Shown: positions 38,711 through 47,210 of the stretch, one piece after another
Numbering within the stretch: the first letter of the stretch is position 1
How the letters are laid out: each line of letters begins with the position of its first letter
Position numbers and translations under genes: made by a program
The notes under the pieces: model-generated
Database searches by the model: none
Told to the model about the DNA's origin: nothing
Seen by the model: the letters and a program-made list of their open reading frames with translations, nothing else
Assembly: GCA_963677955.2 (NCBI GenBank)
Contig: CAXXQR010000001.1
Coordinates: forward strand, 5,662,429-5,726,428
DNA length: 64,000 bases
DNA from: Prolixibacteraceae bacterium
GTDB lineage: Bacteria; Bacteroidota; Bacteroidia; Bacteroidales; Prolixibacteraceae
Reading direction: 5' to 3'

Positions 38711-40675
38711 TTACTTATAGCTTTCGTCTGATTTTATAACGTAATTAATAGCTGCCTCCATGTTAATTCCACTTTCCCAAGGCCTATAGCGGCAACCATT
38801 GGGGACATCGTCTTGATAATATTCGCACCACGTGCCGGTTTCATCCCGCAGATTCATCATTTTTCGATAAATCTCGCCAGCCAGCGGATGGTTAAACTCT
38901 GATAGGGCATAAAGGAATAAACCGTAATCGTATCCTAACAACCGCTTATCCTGCTGATTCAGCGTGATTCTTCCAGTTTCCTGATATCTCCTTACCAACT
39001 CATTTAGCATATTTTCTTTTTCCTGCCGTGAAAAAAGAGAAGACCCAATATAAATTGGCATCAGATAAATGGAAGAAAGAAAAAATTCTTCCGGCACTTC
39101 GGGTTCTATTCCGTCGCCTGATTTTCCGTAGCATTCTTTGCAGAAATAAAGAGACCCTTTGAAATGTTTCAGGATTCCCTGATAACCGCCGTGTCCGGGA
39201 TACAGACAAACGCCGTATCGATACTCGGGAAATGTACACAATTGAGCGCGCTTCGGATTGTTAACCATCAATCGCCCGCCTTTCACAAAATTATCGCGAT
39301 AATGTTCCGCGACTTCATCCAGAAGTTCAGAATTCTGTTGCAGCCACTGTTTATTTTTAAAATTTGAACTTTTGGCGTAATTCAGAAATTTTCGGCCACC
39401 TTCGATAAACAACAATGTTGCTTCGGAAGAGCCATCGTTCAAAACTTTTCTCGAAATCAATCCGCCAGCAATGTATGTTTCATCGCCATTAAACGGCAAC
39501 ATGTTATCCACAAGGTTCTTCTTTTGCATTTCCCAACACCATTCCAGAAAAAGCATTATTTGACTGACAAATTTCCTATTCTGCGTTTTTTCAAGATAAT
39601 CGAAAGCCTGAATAAGTAGATATCCTGTTATTTCTACCTCATCGTTTTCGTGCCGGTGAAAAATTCCAGGAACTCCCATCGCCTGAGCATTACTGATATG
39701 CCCAAACTCTTTCCAGATGTTGTTGTAAAAATTCAAGATTTGTCGGGCCTGATCGTAATGACCCAACGATAAAAAAGCCCTTGAAACACCATACTGATCC
39801 CGAATATAAGCCAGATGATAATAATGTCCGGCAAGCACGCCTCCGCCACTTCCTTGCTGCGTTTTCAGCAAAACAGAAACATCATCGATGGTTTGCAACA
39901 GTTGCTTCTTATCAGGATTATTATTACTGATTCTTTCAGCAATATTCGCTTGGCTGTTAGTAAACGAATGCCAATCTGTACGGGTTTGTATAAGTAAGCT
40001 TTCAGGAGATTGGCTTAAGACACTCTGGATATGATCATTAAGCTCAGGAAAAGAAGGACCTCCAACCAAATAAAAAATGCCTTGTCCTTTCCCAAATTCC
40101 AAAACATAATCGTTATGACTTCCTTCTTTTGACGAAAATTTTACAGTTCCATTACTCAAAACCTGATGATTAATTTCGAAGGGGCTTGGATAAGAATGAT
40201 ACACAAATACTCCTGAAAGAGCTGAAATCAACATACTGTTATTCACTCCATATTCCTCACGATATCTCGGATAATCAGTAATTGAAACCCTTCCATCCAG
40301 ATCGTTAACTGACAAAGTGAATGATACAGGTTCAGTCAAATCTGATAAACGGCAAAAACAGGACAAACGACTACAAACGAAGTCTGTAATCGTTCCTATC
40401 GCTTTTCCATTTCTGAATAGTTTATGAACATATATATCGGTTCCCTGTTCGCGTTTAGTTTCTACCACAACATCCCTTGACTGAAGTGATGCGCTAAACA
40501 AAGAAGGCGAACTGTAAGGTGGACCAAATACCTGAATCAGGTTTATGCCTTCTTCATACAGACAATAATCACTATTACCAAGACAATAAATTGCTTTGTT
40601 TGTATGAGCATAACCGGTCAGAAAAGTAATAATCCAAACGAATGTCGTAAATGATAATTTCATAAGAATATGCAT
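38711..40675 (-). CDS. Six-hairpin (alpha/alpha)6 glycosidase-like protein, family unassigned
   Basis: Signal peptide; AYIRDQYG, HENDEVE, FNGDETY, C-terminal WCEYY...RPWESG. Layout is reminiscent of GH15/GH63-type barrels. Confidence 0.6.
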   Translation of the reverse strand: MHILMKLSFTTFVWIITFLTGYAHTNKAIYCLGNSDYCLYEEGINLIQVFGPPYSSPSLFSASLQSRDVVVETKREQGTDIYVHKLFRNGKAIGTITDFVCSRLSCFCRLSDLTEPVSFTLSVNDLDGRVSITDYPRYREEYGVNNSMLISALSGVFVYHSYPSPFEINHQVLSNGTVKFSSKEGSHNDYVLEFGKGQGIFYLVGGPSFPELNDHIQSVLSQSPESLLIQTRTDWHSFTNSQANIAERISNNNPDKKQLLQTIDDVSVLLKTQQGSGGGVLAGHYYHLAYIRDQYGVSRAFLSLGHYDQARQILNFYNNIWKEFGHISNAQAMGVPGIFHRHENDEVEITGYLLIQAFDYLEKTQNRKFVSQIMLFLEWCWEMQKKNLVDNMLPFNGDETYIAGGLISRKVLNDGSSEATLLFIEGGRKFLNYAKSSNFKNKQWLQQNSELLDEVAEHYRDNFVKGGRLMVNNPKRAQLCTFPEYRYGVCLYPGHGGYQGILKHFKGSLYFCKECYGKSGDGIEPEVPEEFFLSSIYLMPIYIGSSLFSRQEKENMLNELVRRYQETGRITLNQQDKRLLGYDYGLFLYALSEFNHPLAGEIYRKMMNLRDETGTWCEYYQDDVPNGCRYRPWESGINMEAAINYVIKSDESYK

Positions 40676-40792
40676 TTAGTTATGTCAATCAACAGCAACC
40701 TAGTTTTGTACCTTTCTGCCTTCATTTTAATCATGGCATTTCATCCCAAATTATTAATTATACAATTACTACAAACAAATGAAAAGGACCAT

Positions 40793-42493
40793 TTAAAAAC
40801 CAACCAGGCACCATCTGGTTTTCCAGCGTCCCCAGTCCGTACCATACGCATAAGAAATATATTGCTGCACCCTTGATTTAATATGTCCCAATCCATCGCC
40901 ACTCCAACCGCAGTTATGCAAGTAGGGTTCCAGATTTGAACGTATTTCACCAATTTTGCTAAACTTCAAGCCATCATCGGATTGCCAAACAATAATATAA
41001 CTTGATGCCGACATACGGGATGCCGTATGAATAGCCTGAAATTTATTTATGTCCTCGCGGTATTTTACATCACAATGATCAGATCCGGAAATAGAACTTT
41101 TATTGATCGCTGTTCCCCGGAATGTCAAAGCTCCTGGCCAGTTCGGATTGTTTGCGTCAGCAGTGGAAACACGGGTAGTTGTAGCGGCTTCGCCACTGCC
41201 ATCATTCCATGAATAATAAAAATATACAACATCATTAACTACTACGAAAGAAGGTTCGCCAGCGCCAAAAGAACTATGATTACCTGTAAACTCAATTACA
41301 GGTTCGGGATTCCCTCCCCATCCGTTTCCATTCCATTTTTCCCATGGTCCATCAGGATATTTCGAACGACAAACATAAACATCATTGTCTACCATATTTG
41401 CGTCTTCAGTTGTTGTGTAGCCCAAATAGTAATATCCACCCCAACTTGCAACGCCCGGATCGCAGACAGAAAATGCATCTCTGCTGTATTCAGTAGGCTT
41501 CAGCACCATTTTTTCATCTGTCCATTTTACACCATTGTCATACGATCTCTGATAGGAAGCCTGATCCCAAAAAGTTGCGCCGGTGGTTTTATCGAGAGTA
41601 TATTTTGCCTGAAAGTTGTAGTCGACCTTAAATCCGTTATAATAGCTGGTTACTCCGGAAATATCACCTGTATTAGTCCAAGCTCCGGAATATGTTGTCA
41701 GTCCATTCTTTAATTCCCATAAATATGTTCCTGCCGGAAATTTTTCATCGTTTGAAACTCCAATGTAGGAGTTATCTCCATAATCAACGAAAGTTGCCGT
41801 TGCAACCGGGCTCGCTGCAACTGTGGTTGCATAGTCAGTACTCCACTGGTACAAATAAAATGTAAAACCACAATGTTGTCCGCTCCAGTTCGGACAACAA
41901 ACACTAATTTTCCAGAACGGTACCTCGGAAGTAAATTTCTGAGCGGCAACATTACTTCCTAAGCTAATGGCCGTCTGACCGGTATCTCCAAAGAGTGATA
42001 TATCATTTCCAAAAGTTCCTCCCGAGGCTGCAAACCAGGCATCCACAGAGCCGTCGTCGTTGATAATAATTGAAGACCCGTAACGGTAATTCTCTCCAGT
42101 ATAAATATCCCAGCTACTTGTAATAGTTGGAAGCAAGGACCTGCCCGATTGTTTAACCGTTAACTTTTTTGTTTCGCCACCGGAAGAAATACTGATCTTC
42201 ATTTCTCTCCCCGAGGCTAGCATATTCTCTGTCAGGATAAAAGTAAAACTGAAAACTCCAGATGAACCATTCTGTACGGGCAAAGTACACCAGCTTTCTT
42301 CATCTTCAGCATATTCTGCTTTTGCACTCCAACTGTCACCCGCCGAAACACTTACGCTACCTATACCTCCAACAGCGGACAAGGTAACATTCGTTTTATC
42401 CAAGGCAAAAGTATATTGAGCATCATCGCTTTTGCACTGTAGAAATAAAAGACTCAGTAAAAGACATCCATAAATCCTAAGATAGTTATTCAT
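40793..42493 (-). CDS. Surface lipoprotein: BACON domain plus GH43-like five-bladed propeller with inserted module
   Basis: Lipobox FLQC followed by KSDD; BACON motifs (W..L...G...EN....R...I.I....VKQ); YRYGSSII, VCDPGV, GAGEPSFV propeller acids. Confidence 0.75.
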   Translation of the reverse strand: MNNYLRIYGCLLLSLLFLQCKSDDAQYTFALDKTNVTLSAVGGIGSVSVSAGDSWSAKAEYAEDEESWCTLPVQNGSSGVFSFTFILTENMLASGREMKISISSGGETKKLTVKQSGRSLLPTITSSWDIYTGENYRYGSSIIINDDGSVDAWFAASGGTFGNDISLFGDTGQTAISLGSNVAAQKFTSEVPFWKISVCCPNWSGQHCGFTFYLYQWSTDYATTVAASPVATATFVDYGDNSYIGVSNDEKFPAGTYLWELKNGLTTYSGAWTNTGDISGVTSYYNGFKVDYNFQAKYTLDKTTGATFWDQASYQRSYDNGVKWTDEKMVLKPTEYSRDAFSVCDPGVASWGGYYYLGYTTTEDANMVDNDVYVCRSKYPDGPWEKWNGNGWGGNPEPVIEFTGNHSSFGAGEPSFVVVNDVVYFYYSWNDGSGEAATTTRVSTADANNPNWPGALTFRGTAINKSSISGSDHCDVKYREDINKFQAIHTASRMSASSYIIVWQSDDGLKFSKIGEIRSNLEPYLHNCGWSGDGLGHIKSRVQQYISYAYGTDWGRWKTRWCLVGF

Positions 42494-42518
42494 AATCTTC
42501 CATTTTCAAATATTTAAA

Positions 42519-44477
42519 CTAGCGCATCCATCCGCATGATTTATTGTTTACTCTATACTTAGCCTTGGGAAACCATGTACAAATGTGTTTGCCATTCCAG
42601 TTATTTACCGAGGCATAATCGACCATCCTGATAAAGCCGCTCTCAACAGGAACCCTGAACTGCATTTTTGCTCCTGAAGCCGACGGATCCTCTTGGACTA
42701 TGTTAACATATCTGTCATTTGAAACCACAAAAATCGGTTCATTATATTGTTCATCCATATTTTCATCGCGGGCCAAAACGACCGGACCACGCACCAGCGC
42801 CTGAAAATTGTCTCCCGCCCTATTGCTTCCGAGCGGTGCATCAACAATCCGGCAACGCATATCCAGTTGCAATTCAATCTTATCTCCGGAATTCCACTTC
42901 CGGTTTAGCACAGCATAAGTTCCCCTTTTTGCCTCAACAGATTCACCGTTTACTTTTAATACCGTTGATTCACTCCATGATGGAATTCGTAATCTGACGG
43001 TGAATTTTTCTGAAGATTCAGGAAAAACTTTTATAACCACACTACCGGAAAGTGGGTAATCTGTTTCTATTTCAAGGTTTACTGGATTCCTTTTAGCTGT
43101 TGTTGCCGTGGCAGTTCCTGCATTATATAGGTTTATAACGGGACCCGAATCAGAATTCATAACTGCAACGAACGGCAAATAAGACAACCCCATCGGGCCA
43201 TTCAGATTACAGCAAGTTACATAAACACTGTCGATCATTCCGCCCCAGCCTACCGTATTCGTTTTTACTCCATTCAATAAGTTGACGTAACTAAATCCAT
43301 CGCCCTCGGGCTTCATCGCTCCAATTAATCCATTGTAAGTGTATTTTTCAATCATGTCCATAGCAAGCGGATCTCCGGTCAAGCGCATAATCTGACTGCA
43401 TAACTTCAGCCAGGTCACACCGACACAGGTTTCCATCATTCGTTGAATATCTGGATTCGTTTGTTCGAGCGCAGTGTTGTCCCATCCTTCACCCATCACA
43501 GCAGGATGGTAAGGCAGGTCGCCGCCACCGTTGCCGATAATCGTAATTTCCTTTTCTATAATATTGTGATATAGGTTCATAACAGACTGCTTCCATTTAT
43601 CGTTGCCCGTAACCCTGTAATATTCGACCAAACCTTCAAATAGCGACATCATCTCATAGGCTTTAGGATAAACTCCACCGATTTGCTCCGGAGCTTTGTT
43701 GTTGAATGCATCTTCAATAATATTGAAGCCTTTGGCACCGCCTTCAACTTCGACAATGTATTTTGCAAAATCAAGGTATCTCTGATATCCTGTCAGTTTA
43801 TACAATCGCATAATTGGTTCCAGAATGGTACTCGATTCAATGTGATTTGGGCTCCATCCCTGATCAACGATAGAAACCTTGGGAGATGAACCTATTTGAG
43901 ATAAAACACAATCGGCATGTTTTATCATTGCTGCCAGCACCAAAGGGCTTTGTTCTACCTGTTGATAGTACTGTTCAAGTCCTAACAAAACATATTTTCT
44001 TTCCCATAGATCGCCTCCAGAGCCGTCTGGTTGATTCTTAACTGGAGAACAACTGATAGATCCATTTTCTCGCTGCGTTGTCAGTAAGTCGGCAACTGTA
44101 GCCTGTAGTATTTTTTTCAGCTCTGGATCCTGCGTATAACGATAAAACATACATCCAGAGCGGACAGCCTTCCCCCACATTTCTCCTTGTGCAAAAAAAG
44201 ATCTGCCAGACCTGAATTTTTCAACCAACGCTGCATAAGGCACAGCTCCTTTGTTCCAATGGTTGATTGAATTCTGAATATAACCTTCCAGAAAACCTTC
44301 GAGATGAATTGAATTTGCAGGAAGCGGCGTAAACTTATCCTGAATATTTACTCTTTTTGTTGTATGGCATGAACCTAAAAAAAGGAATCCAAGCAATATC
44401 ACCAATTTCGTTTGATTACTGAAATTGTTTGTTTCTCTAAAGACTTTTCTAAATAAACTCATATAAATTCCTGTCAA
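42519..44477 (-). CDS. GH127/GH146-family (beta-L-arabinofuranosidase-like) lipoprotein
   Basis: GEMWGKAV, KAYEMMS, GEGW, METCVGVTW and TCCN (Glu/Cys Zn-site pattern), LRIPSW, RGPVV. Confidence 0.85.
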   Translation of the reverse strand: MTGIYMSLFRKVFRETNNFSNQTKLVILLGFLFLGSCHTTKRVNIQDKFTPLPANSIHLEGFLEGYIQNSINHWNKGAVPYAALVEKFRSGRSFFAQGEMWGKAVRSGCMFYRYTQDPELKKILQATVADLLTTQRENGSISCSPVKNQPDGSGGDLWERKYVLLGLEQYYQQVEQSPLVLAAMIKHADCVLSQIGSSPKVSIVDQGWSPNHIESSTILEPIMRLYKLTGYQRYLDFAKYIVEVEGGAKGFNIIEDAFNNKAPEQIGGVYPKAYEMMSLFEGLVEYYRVTGNDKWKQSVMNLYHNIIEKEITIIGNGGGDLPYHPAVMGEGWDNTALEQTNPDIQRMMETCVGVTWLKLCSQIMRLTGDPLAMDMIEKYTYNGLIGAMKPEGDGFSYVNLLNGVKTNTVGWGGMIDSVYVTCCNLNGPMGLSYLPFVAVMNSDSGPVINLYNAGTATATTAKRNPVNLEIETDYPLSGSVVIKVFPESSEKFTVRLRIPSWSESTVLKVNGESVEAKRGTYAVLNRKWNSGDKIELQLDMRCRIVDAPLGSNRAGDNFQALVRGPVVLARDENMDEQYNEPIFVVSNDRYVNIVQEDPSASGAKMQFRVPVESGFIRMVDYASVNNWNGKHICTWFPKAKYRVNNKSCGWMR

Positions 44478-44508
44478 ATTTCATTCTTTTAAACTGATAA
44501 TTAGAAAC

Positions 44509-47013
44509 TCAATTCACAATGAATTTTTTCCTTTCTCTTTTACCTTTATTGCTTAATTCGACAATATATATTCCCTTGTTTCTAAGAAATTCAAGGTTGA
44601 TCCGATTGGCTTCCATCATACTTGTCAATTGCTTCTCCCACAGCAATTTTCCCAAACTATTATAAATACTAAGTTTTGAACCGCTTGGTGCTCCAACATA
44701 GAAAACCACATTCAAGATATCATTTGTTGGATTGGGATAAATCCGAAATGTGGATTCCGCGTGTGCTAATAAGTTAGTTGTTCCGCCAATAAAAAAATGA
44801 TAATTAAATCGGCCTGACGGAGCCACATCGCCGTTAACATAAAAGTCCATGATATCACCATCGACCTGCATGTTGTCGCTCCATTTAAATTCAAAATTTA
44901 ACAACCGATCATCTGCGATGCCAAGTTTTGAACGCTTAATCTTGAACACTAAAGTTTCCCCGTCAACAAAATATTGAGCTGCACCTACTTTGTTCCAGTC
45001 CCAACTGTTGTAACTCGTTTCAATACTTACTGAATCCGTAGGACTGTTTCGGTTGATTACAAAGTCATAACCTTCCCATCCGGTATCTTTATTACGATCG
45101 ATGTCAATGAACAAACGCATCCATTTCGGATCCGATTTATCAGTCAATGCAGTAGCTGCCTCAACGTAGAAATATATGTATTCTTCATCTCTGGCAACTT
45201 TAGCTTTGATAATATCGTTTCGTCCGGTGTTGTTGGTATAGATAAGTTGAGTTCCTTGTCCGGCGTGGTTCCTGTGAATGATATTTCCTTTATAAGAAAA
45301 GTATTCTGGCGTTACATCATTCCATGAATTGCGATCATTCAATGCAATAGTTTTTGAAGCTGATGCTGCAACTTCATTGTCCATTCCTTTATATTTCCGG
45401 ATATTACTTATTAGTTGCATGTAATAAACATCTCCTTTGTTTCCCCACGATTTAACGGGTTCAATGTCTCTGCTTTTTTCAGCCAAATATTCATCAACGA
45501 AAGCAAACGGTTTCACATTCCAGTCGAACCAACGCCCGGTGATCCATTCGTTCCAACCGGTAACAAAAATCAGATCAGGATTAAGTTGAAAGGCGCGTCC
45601 CCATTGTTCCTGAAAATTCAAACCATACAAATATGCATCAGCACGTGAATCCTGGCCATTCGCTTTGGTGTAGCTACGTCCGTAGGTTAGTGGACTGTTA
45701 AAACCACTGGCATGTCCACCGCTGGCATCCGATGCATTCTGAGCTACACCAACAGCAACCTGTTCGTAGCCTCCGGTTATTTTAGAAACATATCCATGTT
45801 GCGGGTAATTTTCCAACCATCCCCATTGTTCGTTGGTTGATGACCCATTCACGTAATCGGGCTGGCCCGGACGGAAAGTAAAAAAGGCCTTTACAGCATC
45901 AACTTTTTGCTGATCAATCATGGCAAGAATCTGGACAGGAGTGTGATCATTCCCTCTTGTTAGTTTCGTAAAAGTTAAACCTGAATTATATGCTATTTCG
46001 CTTTCGTAATTACCGTTTAACTGTGTCGAGTTGAAATAGCTAACCGGGGTTCCGTTGGCTTCTGTATACTTCCATACACCCACCATTTCTGTTCCATTAC
46101 TAAGTTCCCAGAGGTAAGTTCCAGCATCTTTTTTTTCGAAAGTAAGGGCGAGTTTTTCGTTGTCGGAGAAATTCTCGAAGGTTTTTTCGGCAAGAACTGT
46201 TCCGGAAACAGTTTCGTTGTAATTATTTTTCCATTTATATAATCTGAAAGTGAGATTTCCGATGTTGTTGCCCCAACTAGGACAAGTTGCAGTAATCCCA
46301 TAAAAAGGACTTGTTGCAGTAAATTTTAAGCCAGCACTGTTTCGTTTAACGACCATACTGTTGGGGTAAGCCATAATCAACGGTTTGCCATTCCAGTTAA
46401 ACCACAAATCTTCATACAATCGGGGCTTGTAAAGTTCGTCGTACAACTCGGTCAACGATTCCATTGATCCTTCTGTAGCACCAAAAGGTAAAAGAAATGC
46501 AACTTGCGGAGTTTGAACTCCATCTTTACGGGCTTGACTCCAAACTTCCAATAGCTTAGTGTAAGATGTTTTCCAGGTCAGGTTTCCATTGGTACAATCA
46601 AAAAAAACGACATCAACACCCGCATCAGCCAGCATTTCGGCATGTTTACGCAGAACCCATTCGTCTGTAGTGCGATAATAGCCAAACAAGGGTTCGTCCC
46701 ACCAGAAAACGCCACCGGTTATGCCTTGCCAAGCAGGATGCTCTGCATTAGTTTCTGCATCAGGATATTGCTGTAAAATTTGAGTAATGTTTAGTACGGG
46801 AGAAAACGATGCATTGGCATCGGTATGCCAGGTCCAGTAAAACATTCCAACCAGCTTATCTTTGCGAGAACCGCCTGCTTCTTCAAAAGTGGGCAGTTTT
46901 CGGCCAAGAGCGTCGGTGGCAGGTAGTCCGTTCCCGTAATTACCGGCGACTTGAGCGAATAGTTCTGAAATACAAAAAAAGGCAAATAGAATAACTGAAG
47001 ATAGTTTTTTCAC
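44509..47013 (-). CDS. GH99/GH71-like glycosidase (paralog 1) with inserted module and T9SS C-terminal sorting domain; GTG start
   Basis: MFYWTWH, RKHAEMLADAGVDVVFFDCTN, TGWNEWITG, SRDIEP; C-terminal IYPNPTND...IYNSLGK...GIYIV...KKFIVN. Confidence 0.85.
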   Translation of the reverse strand: MKKLSSVILFAFFCISELFAQVAGNYGNGLPATDALGRKLPTFEEAGGSRKDKLVGMFYWTWHTDANASFSPVLNITQILQQYPDAETNAEHPAWQGITGGVFWWDEPLFGYYRTTDEWVLRKHAEMLADAGVDVVFFDCTNGNLTWKTSYTKLLEVWSQARKDGVQTPQVAFLLPFGATEGSMESLTELYDELYKPRLYEDLWFNWNGKPLIMAYPNSMVVKRNSAGLKFTATSPFYGITATCPSWGNNIGNLTFRLYKWKNNYNETVSGTVLAEKTFENFSDNEKLALTFEKKDAGTYLWELSNGTEMVGVWKYTEANGTPVSYFNSTQLNGNYESEIAYNSGLTFTKLTRGNDHTPVQILAMIDQQKVDAVKAFFTFRPGQPDYVNGSSTNEQWGWLENYPQHGYVSKITGGYEQVAVGVAQNASDASGGHASGFNSPLTYGRSYTKANGQDSRADAYLYGLNFQEQWGRAFQLNPDLIFVTGWNEWITGRWFDWNVKPFAFVDEYLAEKSRDIEPVKSWGNKGDVYYMQLISNIRKYKGMDNEVAASASKTIALNDRNSWNDVTPEYFSYKGNIIHRNHAGQGTQLIYTNNTGRNDIIKAKVARDEEYIYFYVEAATALTDKSDPKWMRLFIDIDRNKDTGWEGYDFVINRNSPTDSVSIETSYNSWDWNKVGAAQYFVDGETLVFKIKRSKLGIADDRLLNFEFKWSDNMQVDGDIMDFYVNGDVAPSGRFNYHFFIGGTTNLLAHAESTFRIYPNPTNDILNVVFYVGAPSGSKLSIYNSLGKLLWEKQLTSMMEANRINLEFLRNKGIYIVELSNKGKRERKKFIVN

Positions 47014-47081
47014 AATCTATTAGGATTAGACTTTAACTAAAAAACTAAAGCAATCTGAAATATCAGGATGGATAGCAAAAT

Positions 47082-47126
47082 GAACTACCCCGCAGCAAGC
47101 TGCGGGGAACTAGCCCCAAAGAGATT
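47082..47126. repeat. Small palindromic insertion (REP/MITE-like)
   Basis: GAACTA-CCCCGCAGC-AA-GCTGCGGGG-AACTAGCCCCAAAGAGATT: perfect 9-bp GC-rich inverted repeat (47088-47107) in an AT-rich spacer. Confidence 0.55.
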
Positions 47127-47131
47127 AGAGT

Positions 47132-47164
47132 ATGGGCTCTCAGAAACAAGCTCCGAAAGCCCAT
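47132..47164 (-). terminator. 13-bp stem-loop after susD2 (terminator or mRNA-stabilising hairpin)
   Basis: Minus strand ATGGGCTTTCGGA-GCTTGTT-TCTGAGAGCCCAT pairs fully with two G.U pairs; no strong U-tract. Confidence 0.55.
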
Positions 47165-47210
47165 TATCTAGTCGGTTAGAATGACCAGAATCCAAATAAA
47201 GAGGTTAATC

